A DNA stretch of 64,000 nucleotides from Octopus sinensis (GCF_006345805.1 NC_042999.1:3782001-3846000), one strand, 5' to 3'. Counted from the stretch's first letter, positions 39,025 through 52,392 are shown. Numbers and translations: made by a program. Notes: generated by a model not told the origin, from the sequence alone.

Positions 39025-40954
39025 GTATATGTATGTACAACATTTATATATACATATATATATATTTACATTTATATGCATATGTGAAAATACATTTGTC
39101 GTTTTTGAGATTTTATATAAACATATATAAATACACACACACACATATATGGCTGTGTGTGTGTGTATGTATAGTGATAGAATGATACATACAAACATTT
39201 TACAATAGTAGATATATGTAGAGAGGTACTGAGTTAAGTGCACGTGATAATAATTTTATTAAAAATATAATTTTATAATTAAATATCTTGTTTTCTTATC
39301 AGCAGTTAAACCTGGAATAAATTATAACATTTAAAAACTCATCTCTGAAAGTCAAACTTCTTACATATTACATTTGTGTTTTTTGGGATATACATACTCA
39401 TACAACCACACACATACATGACATAGAATGGACATGCGCACACACACAATGGACATGCACACACATATACACACAACACGTGTACTCATGCACATATAAA
39501 GGATGTTTCCACTGAAATTAATATACACATTGAACTTTTATCAATTCAGTATTTATTAAAATACATTTCATTTTCAATTTTAAATAGAATCTAGAATTCA
39601 ATATTTTCTTGAATGCCTGTTTTCAAATGGACGACCATTCTGGTCCAGGCAATGCTGATTATGTAAAGCAACAGAATTGTAAACATTTGGTAATATTTCA
39701 TTACTTATGTACACATTCTAGTTCAATAGCTACCCTCAGTTTATAGACTGTTGCAAGTTTTGTATTGTAAGCTTTTATCTTTTAAGCATTCCCATAAAAG
39801 AATAGCCTAATAGGCACAGGAGTGGCTGTGTGGTAAGTAGCTTGCTAAACAACCACATGGTTCCGGGTTCAGTCCCACTGCGTGGCATCTTGGGCAAGTG
39901 TCTTCTGCTATAGCCCCGGGCTGACCAATGCCTTGTGAGTGGATTTGGTTGACGGAAACTGAAAGAAGCCTGTCGTATATATGTATATATATATATATGT
40001 ATGTATGTACAACATTTATATATACATATATATATATTTACATTTATATGCATATGTGAAAATACATTTGTCGTTTTTGAGATTTTATATAAACATATAT
40101 AAATACACACACACACATATATGGCTGTGTGTGTGTGTATGTATAGTGATAGAATGATACATACAAACATTTTACAATAGTAGATATATGTAGAGAGGTA
40201 CTGAGTTAAGTGCACGTGATAATAATTTTATTAAAAATATAATTTTATAATTAAATATCTTGTTTTCTTATCAGCAGTTAAACCTGGAATAAATTATAAC
40301 ATTTAAAAACTCATCTCTGAAATTCAAACTTCTTACATATTACATTTGTGTTTTTTGGGATATACATACTCATACAACCACACACATACATGACATAGAA
40401 TGGACATGCGCACACACACAATGGACATGCACACACATATACACACAACACGTGTACTCATGCACATATAAAGGATGTTTCCACTGAAATTAATATACAC
40501 ATTGAACTTTTATCAATTCAGTATTATTAAAATACATTTCATTTTCAATTTTAAATAGAATCTAGAATTCAATATTTTCTTGAATGCCTGTTTTCAAATG
40601 GACGACCATTCTGGTCCAGGCAATGCTGATTATGTAAAGCAACAGAATTGTAAACATTTGGTAATATTTCATTACTTATGTACACATTCTAGTTCAATAG
40701 CTACCCTCAGTTTATAGACTGTTGCAAGTTTTGTATTGTAAGCTTTTATCTTTTAAGCATTCCCATAAAAGAATAGCCTAATAGGCACAGGAGTGGCTGT
40801 GTGGTAAGTAGCTTGCTAAACAACCACATGGTTCCGGGTTCAGTCCCACTGCGTGGCATCTTGGGCAAGTGTCTTCTGCTATAGCCCCGGGCTGACCAAT
40901 GCCTTGTGAGTGGATTTGGTTGACGGAAACTGAAAGAAGCCTGTCGTATATATG

Positions 40955-40965
<11 letters not shown>
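39025..40965. repeat. ~972-bp near-identical tandem duplication
   Basis: GTATGTACAACATTT occurs at 39031 and 40003. By eye I found only one substitution and one 1-bp indel between the copies. Confidence 0.93.
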
Positions 40966-40987
<22 letters not shown>

Positions 40988-41200
40988 TTGTGTGTCTGTA
41001 TTTGTTCCCCTAGCATTGCTTGACAACCGATGCTGGTGTGTTTACGTCCCCGTCACTTAGCGGTTCGGCAAAAAGAGACTGATAGAATAAGTACTGGGCT
41101 TACAAAAAGAATAAGTCCCGGGGTCGAGTTGCTCAACTAAAGGCGGTGCTCCAGCATGGCCACAGTCAAATGACTGAAACAAGTAAAAGAGTAAAGAGTA
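40784..41200 (+). mobile_element. Family A SINE (its 5' half is duplicated at ~39813-39975)
   Basis: Near-consensus copy. Confidence 0.92.
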
Positions 41201-41220
41201 ATGATGTGTAGTCTACTGAA

Positions 41221-41457
41221 CCCCGTTGTCCGATGTATCTTTTGGCAAAATTTCATCAAGGCAGGTCCTTACATTTCAGTGGTAGTGTTGGGGTGTCCTA
41301 TCTTGCTAGAAATAAAACTCCACATCTTCAAAGACTTCTGGTATGCTTGGCATGACAGACTGTCACAAGTTCAAGTCAATGGGACCAGTCATAGTACCTT
41401 CAAAAAAAAAAGAATGGTCCAGTTAATCTTTTTGATACCCAACATGACACTGTAACT
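41221..41457 (-). pseudogene. Tc1/mariner-superfamily transposase remnant
   Basis: The minus strand gives LTGPFFF/EGTMTG...EFYF*QDRTPQHYH*NVRTCLDEILP/RYIGQRG, matching GPFFFEGTVTG...FQQDGAPPHY...VR..LD...RWIGRRG. It has stops and frameshifts. Confidence 0.8.
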
Positions 41458-41490
41458 GCTGATAAATTAACATGATGTTCCTCTGTAATA

Positions 41491-41631
41491 TTAGGTTGTC
41501 CCAAAAGTTCGTAAACACTTGCGAAAATTGAATTTTTACTCACCAAGTACTAACAAAAACAACAAAAATTATTCCTCAAAATAAAGACCATTATTTTCCA
41601 AGACTTTCTACGAACTTTTGAGACAACCTTA
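41491..41631. mobile_element. Mariner-derived MITE with TA target-site duplication
   Basis: TA|TTAGGTTGTCCCAAAAGTTCGTA ... TACGAACTTTTGAGACAACCTTA|TA. Confidence 0.85.
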
Positions 41632-41913
41632 TATGTAGGTTCATAGGTTCCCAATAGGTGAGACTGTGGCAGTTAACTGAGCTATTTAATTTGAGGGTAG
41701 ACTCATCACTCCAAACAATTTTTGTGTGTGTCTTCTACATGGTTTGCCAAATACCACTTGCAAAATACCAATGTTGTTCAAATCATCTTCATGAGAAACA
41801 TGAACTATTCTTGGAATGTAACGTTTCCAATGGGTTTAGTGAAGAGTAAAATATAATCTGAATAAGAAGACAAAGAGAGACTTTAACATATATTTAATGA
41901 TTAGTTACAACTG

Positions 41914-42106
41914 TTTCTGTACCAATTCTTCTTTCGATGCCAGTTCACGCAAAAGTTCAAAGTAAAAATTTATGAATATCAAAAGTTCACTTTGATGCAA
42001 GTCTGAGAAAATTCCACTCTAATGTCTAAAACTGCAAGTATTACATGAATTTTCATTTTGAACTTTTGCATGAACTGGCAATGAAGCCAGAATTGGTATA
42101 TAGAAA
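41914..42106. repeat. Inverted repeat with ~60-bp arms (MITE-like)
   Basis: TTTCTGTACCAATTCT...TGCCAGTTCACGCAAAAGTTCAAA pairs with TTTGAACTTTTGCATGAACTGGCA...AGAATTGGTATATAGAAA. Confidence 0.75.
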
Positions 42107-42589
42107 TACATATATCATTTAACTAGGCAATGGCTGGCAATCATACAACTATTTCAACATATTTTTGTGCCTCTTCAAAGGCAGAAGTGATTTTATAAGA
42201 GAGCCAGTCTATGTATACATGTAATAAACATCCTCATAGCAATAACAAGAGGAGGGTGTTTCCATATAGAAGCAGTCACACACAAAGGCCATAAAGGTGG
42301 ATATACAATGAAGATGCCCAATTATAGTAGGAGAGAAAATTTGAGCTACAGAGATATCTGCCTTCCTGATGGTAGGAAATGATCAGAAAAAGATATAAGC
42401 TGAGAGCGAGAAAAAGTGAAGATGCCAGTTGAAAATGGGTCATCGTTTTGAGATACCATGTGTTGGGCCAAATATATAGTAGTTGAATTTTATGATTATA
42501 TTTTAGTATTGACCATTAAAAATAAGTGTTTTTAGGTCAGAATGTGTAGAATGTACCTATTTTGTGTATTAATTATTAGCAAAATTATT

Positions 42590-43440
42590 GGTGATATATT
42601 TTCTGGTTTTATATGTTCCAAGTTCAAATTCCACTTGGGTTGACTTAGTTTTACATTCTTTCAGGGTCAATAAAATAAATACCAGTTGAGCATTGGGGAT
42701 TGATGTAATTGAATAAAACCCTCCCACTAAAATTGCTGGCCTTGTGTCAAAATTTGAAATCCTTATTAGTTTAACCCTTTAGGGTTTAAACCAGCCATAT
42801 CCAGCCCAAGCATTGTACCTGTCTTATGTTGAAACTGGTCAGATCTGACCTCTCACACCTATCCTACAATGTTATTCTAAAAATAAACAATCACAGCATC
42901 AAAATTTTGTATCTAGGAGATAATGCCTGATTAACTGATGAAACCAATGTGGATAAACAAGCATTCTATTTGGCAGAATAACCTGAATGCTAAGGGGTTA
43001 AGACCAGGGTGGCAGAATCATTCCTATGTCAAGGAAAATGCTTACAGACATTTGTTTTTGGACACTTTACATTTTGAGTTCAACTCCTGATCAACTTTGC
43101 TTTTCATTGTTTCAGGCTTTATACAATACAGTACCAGTCATGTACTGAGATCAACAGTATTGGCTTACCCCTCCACTTAAAAGTACTAACCTCATGTCTA
43201 AACTGAAAACTGTTGTATTAATTAGTATTATTCATAAGGTGGCAAGCTGACAGAATTGTTAAAATGCTGGGCAAATTGCTTAGCAACATTTTATCTGTCT
43301 TTATGTTTTGAGTTCAATTTCTGCCACGGTTGACTTTGCCTTCCATCTTTTCAGGGTTAAAGAAATAAACTCCCTCCCTGAAAATGCAGGCCTTGAGTCA
43401 AAAATACTGAGGTTGATGGCTGTGTATCTAAATCAGAAAT
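42590..43440 (+). mobile_element. Three decayed family B SINEs in the same orientation
   Basis: GTTCAA..TCC...ACTTTGC...TTCAT...CAGG motifs at ~42620, ~43077 and ~43310. Confidence 0.7.
42771..43001. mobile_element. piggyBac-type MITE
   Basis: TTAA|CCCTTTAG ... CTAAGGGG|TTAA. A homologous copy lies at 13972. Confidence 0.75.
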
Positions 43441-43873
43441 CCTTATTAGTTTGAGGGAGGATAAACAAATACAATAAAACCCAAGCAAAGATATAATTTG
43501 AAGAGTTTGTTTGCATAAACAATTATAAAGTATAGCAAAGGTTGTTGGTGTGATTTTAACTAGATTTATAGTGTTTGTGTAACGCTTTCGATAAGCCAAA
43601 ACAAATAGCTTGTAAGTATCTGAGAAAGGTAACTAGGATCAACAGTAATAAAGGATTATAAAGTAAAGCCAAGGTCTCTTGGAAGGGGCTTAATCAACAC
43701 ATGAATTGTGAGTATGTAGATTATATATACACAAACACATATGTATATATATATACACACATATATATATATATACATACACATGTATATTTACACATAC
43801 ACAACATACATGTACACATATATTTACACACTCACATGCACCCAGACATGCATATATACACACATATTAATAT

Positions 43874-43971
43874 GGCAGTACATATTCTAAAATTGGAAAG
43901 ATATAGAAAAGATTAGCATGGCCCTTGCACAAGGATGACATGCAAATTCATGAAGCATTCCATGTTTTTTT
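43874..43971 (+). pseudogene. U6: U6 snRNA retropseudogene, 5'-truncated
   Basis: GGCAGTACATATTCTAAAATTGGAAAGATATAGAAAAGATTAGCATGGCCCTTGCACAAGGATGACATGCAAATTCATGAAGCATTCCATGTTTTTTT is colinear with metazoan U6 from about nt 12 to the end. The ACAGAGA box is mutated to ATAGAAA. Confidence 0.93.
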
Positions 43972-44169
43972 CAACAGTGGTGCCCCAGCATGACCACAGC
44001 TTTAAAGCTGAAACAAACGTTAATGAGTTAAAAAGTATCCATGCATATATACACACACACAGGTATAGATCTCATTTCTACAGAGAGCTATAAGCTTGTA
44101 TGCGTCTTCACTTACATCTGTTCAGATTTGTATACTTTCAGTCTTAAATATATTTTCATTATACGTATA

Positions 44170-44560
44170 GGCACAGGAGTGGCTGTGTGGTAAGTAGCTT
44201 GTTTACCAACCACATGGTTCCGGGTTCAGTCCCACTGTGTGGCACCTTGGGTGTGTGTCTTCTACTATAGCCTCGGGCCGAACAAAGCCTTGTGAGTGGA
44301 TTTGGCAGACGGAAACTGAAAGAAGCCCATCGTATATATGTATATGCGTTTGTGTGTCTGTGTTTGTCCCCCTAGCATTGCTTGACAACCGATGCTGGTG
44401 TGTTTATGTCCTGTTACTTAGCGGTTCGGCAAAAGAGACCGATAGCATAAGTACTGGGCTTACAAAAGAATAAGTCCCGGGGTCGAGTTGCTCGATTAAA
44501 GGCGGTGCTCCAGCATGGCCACAGTCAAATGACTGAAACAAGTAAAAGAGTAAAAGAGTA
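44170..44560 (+). mobile_element. Family A SINE
   Basis: Near-consensus copy. Confidence 0.92.
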
Positions 44561-46634
44561 TATATTTGTATCTAATGGAGAAAAGGAGAGAAATGGAGAT
44601 GTGTGTACAGAGATGGGGCAAAAGAAAAGTCTAGGTGGAGAAAAATGCAGAGAAGGATAGAAGATTTTTGAACAACAGTAACAGGTGCCTTCTGTAGAAT
44701 TTATTGTGTTATGTATTGTTGCTCAGGAGAAAAGGAAATGAAAGACAAGAAGAAGAAAGAGGACTGAGGCAAAGACTGTAACAAGGTGGGGGGAGGGGAT
44801 TATTGTGAAAGAGAAAGTGAAAGTGGGAGAGTGAAAAAGAAAGAGCATGGATGGAAGTGTGTGAGAGGGAGAGAGAGCATGGGAGAAAGGAAGAGAAAGA
44901 AAAAGTGGTGAGAGTAAGCAAGCATGTGTGTGTGTGTGTGTGAGTAAGAGAGAGAGAAAGAGAGAAGAATGATAATGTTAGAAGAGAATGGAGGGTGAAA
45001 GAAAGAGGAATAGAGGGAAAACCACAATGGAAAGTTTGGGAGATAGACTGAAAAATTGAGTGATAGAAATAATTGATTGCAGCTTAGAGACACGGCCCCA
45101 GAGGTATGGAGGGTGTTAGTTGATTACATTGGCCGCAGTACAGGACAGGTAATTTTTTTAATCAACCTCAGAGGGAGGAAAGGCAGACATCAACAGGATT
45201 TGAACACGAAACATAAATAGGTAGAAAAAAATATTTTAAGGTATTTTCCAATATTCTCAGGATTCTGAGTAAATTCCTGACAAATTCAGAGAAAGAGAGA
45301 AAGAAAAAGCGACGGAATGAAGGAGAGAGAATAATACGAAGAGAGAGAAAAATACAGAATGAAAAGCCAGAGTGAGAACAAGTGAGAAAGAGAGAAAGAG
45401 AGAGAGAAATTGAAAGAGATAGACAGAGAAATATATATAGAGTAAATAAATGAGAGTGAGGAGAAAGAGAGAGAGTAACCCATTAATATTGTTCCACACA
45501 GTAGAAAGCCACATGTTCTTCCAAACCAGTCGAGTTAACCAAGTGCTGCTTATCTGCCTTTGTAACAAGATACAGAACCAATTGTGTACAAAGACGGAAC
45601 CATTTTATCGTCAACTCTGTTTTTTTTCACACAGGCCATTTATGTATATTCTTTTTTAAGAGCTTCAATTTTTGGTGTTGTTTTTATATATCTACTTACT
45701 GGAAGTGTTTACTTTTATGGCTTGTTGGGAAAAAAATGAAAAAGATACTTAAGTCTGATCATTAATAATGGAGCTGGAACATTTTACTTTGTACTAAAAT
45801 GTAAAGTTGCAAAGTTATTCTCTGGAACTTGGTAACATAGGAATTTACCGAAATTAAGATGCGCTTCTCTGTAGAGACACTCATGTGTATGCGTGTATGC
45901 ATTGGTAATGTACATAAGCATATATGTGTGTATGCACGTGTACACATAGACACACACCTAAATACTTGCATACAAAGGATGATGATGATGGTATACATAT
46001 AAAACGTGTGTATGCATATTTATATATATATATATATACACACACACATGTATACATATACCCCCCACACACATACATACACATGTATATGTATTTTTGT
46101 ATGTAGGCATCGATTTTTTTTATTGCATGCCTTTGAAAACAAAAGCATCAATTGGGTATTGGGTTCCAACAGGCCACATTCTTGGTTCACCGCATTTTTG
46201 ATATTGAGTGACAAGAAATGTCTGCGGAACTCAGCCCTCACAAACATGTATCCCATTAACTCCCATGTCATTGATGACAACTTTCAGAAGCTTCTTCCAG
46301 TTACATACAGGAAGATCCTGTCCAAATTTTGAGTCTTGGCATCAGGTGATAAGTAGCAATGTACAAGACAGGTATAAATGTATTAGATCTTTTGAAATTA
46401 TATTATTCGTATCAGAAAGACAACATTTTTACTCTTAATTCTCATAGGCTGTGCCTTGAATGCATTTTGTAAACTACTTGCCTCTTGCTGTGAAACGCTG
46501 TTGATAGTGTGAGGCATTCATTCAGTTTAAAAGCAGAGCATTCAGTCAGAATCTGTGAATTAATGGGTCTTTATTTTCTACACTCATTCCATGTAAAATA
46601 CCACTTTTTACAGGTTAGTTTGTACTATGATTAT

Positions 46635-47012
46635 ATCATCATCATCATCGTTTAACGTCCGCTTTCCATGCTAGCATGGGTTGGTTCAACTGGGGTCTGG
46701 GAAGCCCGAAGGCTGCACCAGGCCAGTCAGATCTGGCGGTGTTTCTACAGCTGGATGCCCTTCCTAACACCAACCATTCCGTGAGTGTAGTGGGTGCTTT
46801 TTATGTGGCACCGACACAGGTGTCAGACGAGGCTGGCGAACGGCCACGCTCGGATGGTGCTTTTTACATGCCACCGGCACGGAGGCCAGGCGAGGCTGGC
46901 ACGGCCACGATCGGATGGTGTTTGTTACGTGCCACCAGCATGGAGGCCAGTCGATGCGGTGCTGGCCATGGCCACGTTTGGATGGTTCTCTTATGTGCCA
47001 CCGGCACTGGTA
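46635..47012 (-). mobile_element. Family D element with about 3.5 GC-rich VNTR units of ~62 bp
   Basis: (CAT)n tail. Units are approximately GGTGCTTTTTACGTGCCACCGGCACGGAGGCCAGGCGAGGCTGGCACGGCCACGATCGGAT. Confidence 0.88.
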
Positions 47013-47997
47013 CCACAAACAACAAATTCCATTGATTAAAAATCACAGTATCACAGTATCAACCAGACCATCAAAAGCTGTTATACACTGCTAGTCACAA
47101 TGCACTTCTAGTTCTGCCTTGATTGCACCACTCTTTCCCATCTTGACCCAAATTGCTCAACCAGATCATTAATGGCCCTCCAAGTAGCCTTTTCTCAATT
47201 ATACAAAATGCAGAAAACCAAAAGCTATTTTTAGAAAAAATATCAATTTCTTCAAAGAAATAAACTTGAAGGTTTGACCGTCACCAACCTATCTAATTTC
47301 CTTGGCTTTGTACTAAACTCCGAAACTAAATAAAATATTACGGTAAATCAACAAAACTCAAACTGTTCTCTTTCTCTTTGAAAGAATTTAGTCAAAAATG
47401 TTGGCCATCAATTTTCAAACACTTTATGCACTGATTCTTTGCTTAATATTTAATAATGTAACACATCACCTGTAAAGAAACTTCACTACCAAAGAAATGA
47501 CAATAAAAAATAATTATAACATATATAAACAAAAGGAAAATAAGGAACAAAAATTTTATGGTACAATTATCTTTGTAGTCTTGCATTTCTAGAAACTGCT
47601 TAAACAGTTTTAGTATTTCTCCTAACAAAAAATTTTTTTTTTATCCAAGTTGGCTATTCTACAACAGCAAAAAACACAAAATTTAGTTTCTAATACCTGA
47701 CACATGTTTGTCATTGGTAAGTATTTCAGTGCAAATATTCACAGTACAAAAGTGCCAGCCATTGAAACAGATGGTTAAGGCCTATATCAGACTAGTGGTA
47801 AACTCTTTGAAGCTGGAGTGCAATCAACATAGGCATAATTTCAGAACTTTAACCAGATGAAAATAAAATACACTCTCAATACCTGTTTGGAATTTAAAAA
47901 CAATAAGCATATACATTTCAATATTGGATGTAACATTCTATATTATGGAGAAACCTAAATTGTATTACAATAGTGCCTTAAAAGACATCAGATTCAA

Positions 47998-48303
47998 TCA
48001 TCATCATCATTTAGTGTCTGCTTTCCATGCTAGCATGGGTTGGACGGTTCAACTGGGGTCTGTGAAGCCAGAAGGCTGCATCAGGCCCAGTCTGATCTGG
48101 CAGTGTTTCTACGGCTGGATGCCCTACATAATGCCAACCACTCTGTGAGTGTAGCGGGTGCTTTTTACGTGCCACCCGCACAGGTGCCAGACGGGGCTGG
48201 CAAACGGCCACGGACTGATGGTGCTTTTTACGTGCCACCGGCATGGGGGCCAGGCGAGGCTGGCAACGGCGACGATCGGATGGTGCTTTTTACATGCCAC
48301 CGG
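47998..48303 (-). mobile_element. Family D element with about 2.5 VNTR units
   Basis: Same architecture as the copy at 46635. Confidence 0.88.
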
Positions 48304-49829
48304 ATAGCGCATATCATTTACCAAATAATCCATGTCCTTTAACAGAAAAAAAGTAAAGCAGTGATAATGGTCGAAGCCCTCTTATAGTCTTAACATTGCT
48401 AGAGTTCTTTTAATTTAAAACACCATACACACACATGCAGACACACACTGTGTGTCTGTTAATTTTATCAGAAAAAATTCAGATGGTAGCTTCAGGTACA
48501 TTGTTAATTCAAATGTACTGGTTACTAAAAGGAACAGTGGGAGATTTATTAGCACAAATACTTACAATTCTCATAATAATTTGCATTAAATTTTTTTTAT
48601 TGTAAACTGAATTGCAGGTACATTTTTAAAGTTATAGTATACAGAAAGAGAGTGTCTAGCTTACAAAATATACCGAAGGAATCCTTACATTTAAACTAGA
48701 GAACATCCATTTAAGAAAAGACTTACTCAACATACATATGCTTTTAGATATCTGGAAAAAAGAATACACAATTATCAAAAAGATAACAGTAGAGAATTCA
48801 GTGGTGGAACATGATTTTGCATCTAAAAATGCGAATAGTGTTTCACAGGGAAATATTTTATTTTAATGAAGCTTTCATCCATAATAAAAACAATACATCT
48901 GAACATGTAATAGCCTACTATCAGATATATTGAGAAAAAAAATAGCTTAAAGCCAAATAGTTTTTAACCTACAAACTCTGTAGAAACTAAATTATGACAA
49001 CTCATTTTTACAGAATTTAGAGCATTTTCTTGTATATGTATTTTTATTCATAAAATCGACCCTTTCTCTCATATATACATTTATATAAATATATATAAAA
49101 TATATATAAAATCTGTGTATAAAAATGTACATATACATTTGTACATGAATGTGCAAAAATGTATATAAAGATATATTTATCATCATATATGTATATATAC
49201 ATGCCCATACACACACTGTATATACATTCATATACATTTATACATTTTATATACATATAAACAAATACATATACTCATAGCTATACATGTATACACAATT
49301 ATGCATATGTGTGTGTGTGTGCACGCATGTTTATGCTTACATGATTACATAGATCTCAGTATGTATAGATATACATATATGTACATACATATACATAGAG
49401 ACGTATGTATACATATGGATGTACAATTTTATACATACACAAACACATTTTTAATGTTTCTATTGACAGAGTTCAAATGATATCTTTCAATACATAAACA
49501 CGAATGTTGAGTTTTAAACTTTGTTTTAAAGATCACTTTACAGCTGTGTTCAATCATTAGGATCTTGTCAAATATTACACAAGATCACAGCAACCGAAAT
49601 TAAAATGATCATATGCAGATATATGTGTGCGTATATTGTGTGTGTGTGTGGTGTGTGTGTGTGTGTATGAGAGTGACAGAGAAAATGAGAGAGAGAAGGA
49701 GAGAGAAAAAGAAAGGGAGGGAGAGAGACTGACTTTATAATTCCAACTGATATTATACATATGAGAAATTGTTTTTATAGAAAGAGATTTAGTATGCATA
49801 TAGGTGAATATATACATATACACTCATAA

Positions 49830-49861
<32 letters not shown>

Positions 49862-50834
49862 ATACATATTATTGGGTGAAAAATCACTCCAGCAATAATA
49901 TAGATTCTTGTTTTCAGATTTTGCTACATCAATGGACGTACTAAATTCCTAGCATTTAATTGTACAAACAAATGATAATTTTCCTTTTTATTTAATTAAC
50001 CAAATGCTATGCTAAAATATGGCTCATATTTATCTATTCACCACTCTTTCTTTCTCTTTTTTACCTTCATGAATTGCTTTATTAGAAGACAAAGTAATGT
50101 TATTTATGTAAACACATATTACTACACATTCAGCTATATAACTATACATTCAAACTCTCTATTTGCAATCAATGAGTGTTGCATTATCCCCAGAATCTAC
50201 CTGCTGGAAACAAAGGTTTTTTTCTCTCTTAGAGTGAAGGTCAAATTTTATGGTGCTTGTCTATGACGTATCACATTATCATGGTAGCAAAATATGATCT
50301 CTGAATGTGGAGGCTCTCTGATCTACCTCAGAGAGTAGTAACTCTGACTAAGAACTAACCAGCAATGCAGCCAACCCATGCTGGCATAGAAAAATAGGTG
50401 CAAAGAGATGATGATGATATTCATATATGAATTCAGGCAAATGTCAATACATCAAAAATATTTGGGGCTTTTTTCACTTTTATTTTGTATCGATTTAGCA
50501 TTGTGAATACTACAGATATTCTCTTTATGATTATAATTATCTTTCATATAAATAAATATATCAGACTCTGTAGCTTTCTAGCACAAGGCTTTATTGAACA
50601 TTTTTTGTTGTTGTATATAGAATAACACAAACAAAAAAATACATATACATTATATACATACACATTTACACACATATATGTAAGCACATATACATGTGTA
50701 TACATGTATGTTTATAGTTTGGTACAATCTCCAAATGAAGTGGCATTATTGCTGTGGAAACAACTACAGTAGCATGAAATATATTTTTAATCTTTCATAA
50801 TCTGTATAATACATACTCATATATATATATATAT

Positions 50835-51170
50835 GCGTAGGAGTGGCTGTGTGGTAAGTGGCTTGCTTACCAACCACATGGTTCCGACTGCATGGGTACT
50901 TTGGGCAGGTGTCTTCTGCTATAGCCTTGGGCTGACCAAAGTGGATTTGGTAGACAGAAACTGAAAGAAATCTGTCACATTTGTGTGTGTGTGTGTGTGT
51001 GTGTGTATTTGTCCCTCCAACATCTCTTGACAACCAATGCTCGTGTGTTTACGTCCCTGTAACTTAGCAGTTTGGCAATAGAGACTGATAGAATAAGTAC
51101 TAGGCTTACAAAGGATAAGGTGGCGCTCCAGTATGGCTGCAGTTAAATGACTGAAACAAATAAAAGAATA
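50835..51170 (+). mobile_element. Family A SINE with small deletions
   Basis: Head, (TG)n and tail are recognisable. Confidence 0.85.
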
Positions 51171-51499
51171 AAATGAAAATAATACTTACAAAATTTTCCC
51201 TCATCATCGTTTCTTAACTTATGCAGAATATGCATACACACACACATGCAAACACACGTACACATACACACATTACCATTTTCATGATACCAATGCACAT
51301 GTATAGGTGTATATAAACAGGTAAGTGGGTCACGGCATATCTTGCATTATACTGCCAATAGGTGAGAAAATACTTCCTATACACTATAGCTTTCTTAACT
51401 TCATGACCTACAATTGTTTTAATCAGTAGAAAAATCAATGCACTGCTTTGATCTTCTTTTATCAACAGGTCTTCGTATGTTTATTTCCCCCTAACCTTT

Positions 51500-51760
51500 T
51501 TTTAAGTGCTTTAAGAAAAAATAATTCGAAATTTTAATGAAAATAAGAATAATCTTTTCTATTGGCTAGAAATTGGGTGGGAAAGAACTAGTTTGGTCAC
51601 ATTAGTCCCAGTACACAACTGGTACTTATTTTTCAAGTGCTTTAAGAAAAAAATAATTTGAAATTTTAATGATAATAAAAATAATCTATTGGCTAGAAAT
51701 TGGGTGGGAAAGAATTAGTTAGGTCACATTAGTCCCAGTACACAACTGGTATTTATTTTA
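51500..51760. repeat. Older ~130-bp tandem duplication overlapping a family B SINE tail
   Basis: AAGTGCTTTAAGAAAAAA...CTATTGGCTAGAAATTGGGTGGGAAAGAA...GTCACATTAGTCCCAGTACACAACTGGTA occurs twice. Confidence 0.85.
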
Positions 51761-52392
51761 TCACCCCCAAAAGGAAAAAAGAGAAAGCTGACCTCAGTGG
51801 AATTTGAACTCAGAACATAAAGCTGGAAGAAAAGCCCAGCATTTTGTCTAGCATGCTAATGATTCCGCCAGCTTTCCACCTGAATAATAATAACGGTTGC
51901 TAATTCAGGCACAAGGCCAGCAATTTTAAGGGAGGGGATTAGTTAAAAATCATCAACCTCAATATTGCTGGGTCTTTTATTTTACTAAACCCAAATAGAT
52001 GAAAGGCAAACTTTCCTAAGTCATCATCCATGATGACTTCAAAATGCAAATCTTTTTAATTATCACTCCTCTTACATTGATGCCAATGGTGCATAATTTG
52101 AATCTTTCACAAACCTCGGCTTTCAGCATCAAACGCTTTCATCAGCTACATGCATCTCTGACTGACAAACAAATTCCAAACCTTGTTGATTTGATTGAAT
52201 GAAGTAGTAATAGAAAACTGAGAGGAAATAACGTGAAGTAGTAGACGTGTGTGACTGTGTAGAGATACACTTCGATGGCTTGACTTAATGAAGTGCTTCG
52301 CTTGGTAAGAAAATATTACGACAAGGAAGTAATATAAAGAAGTAAGCATGGTTTGATTGAAAGAAGAGGTATGGCAATATTAGAATGAGGAA

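Noticed and set aside
43874-43971. Functional U6 gene
   Set aside because: The 5' stem-loop is truncated, the ACAGAGA box is mutated, and the upstream sequence is microsatellite with no recognisable PSE.
46860-46920. Resemblance of the family D VNTR unit to an HDV-like ribozyme (CCAGCCTCGCCTGGC on the minus strand)
   Set aside because: I could not build P1, P1.1 or J4/2, and the L3 loop lacks UCC.
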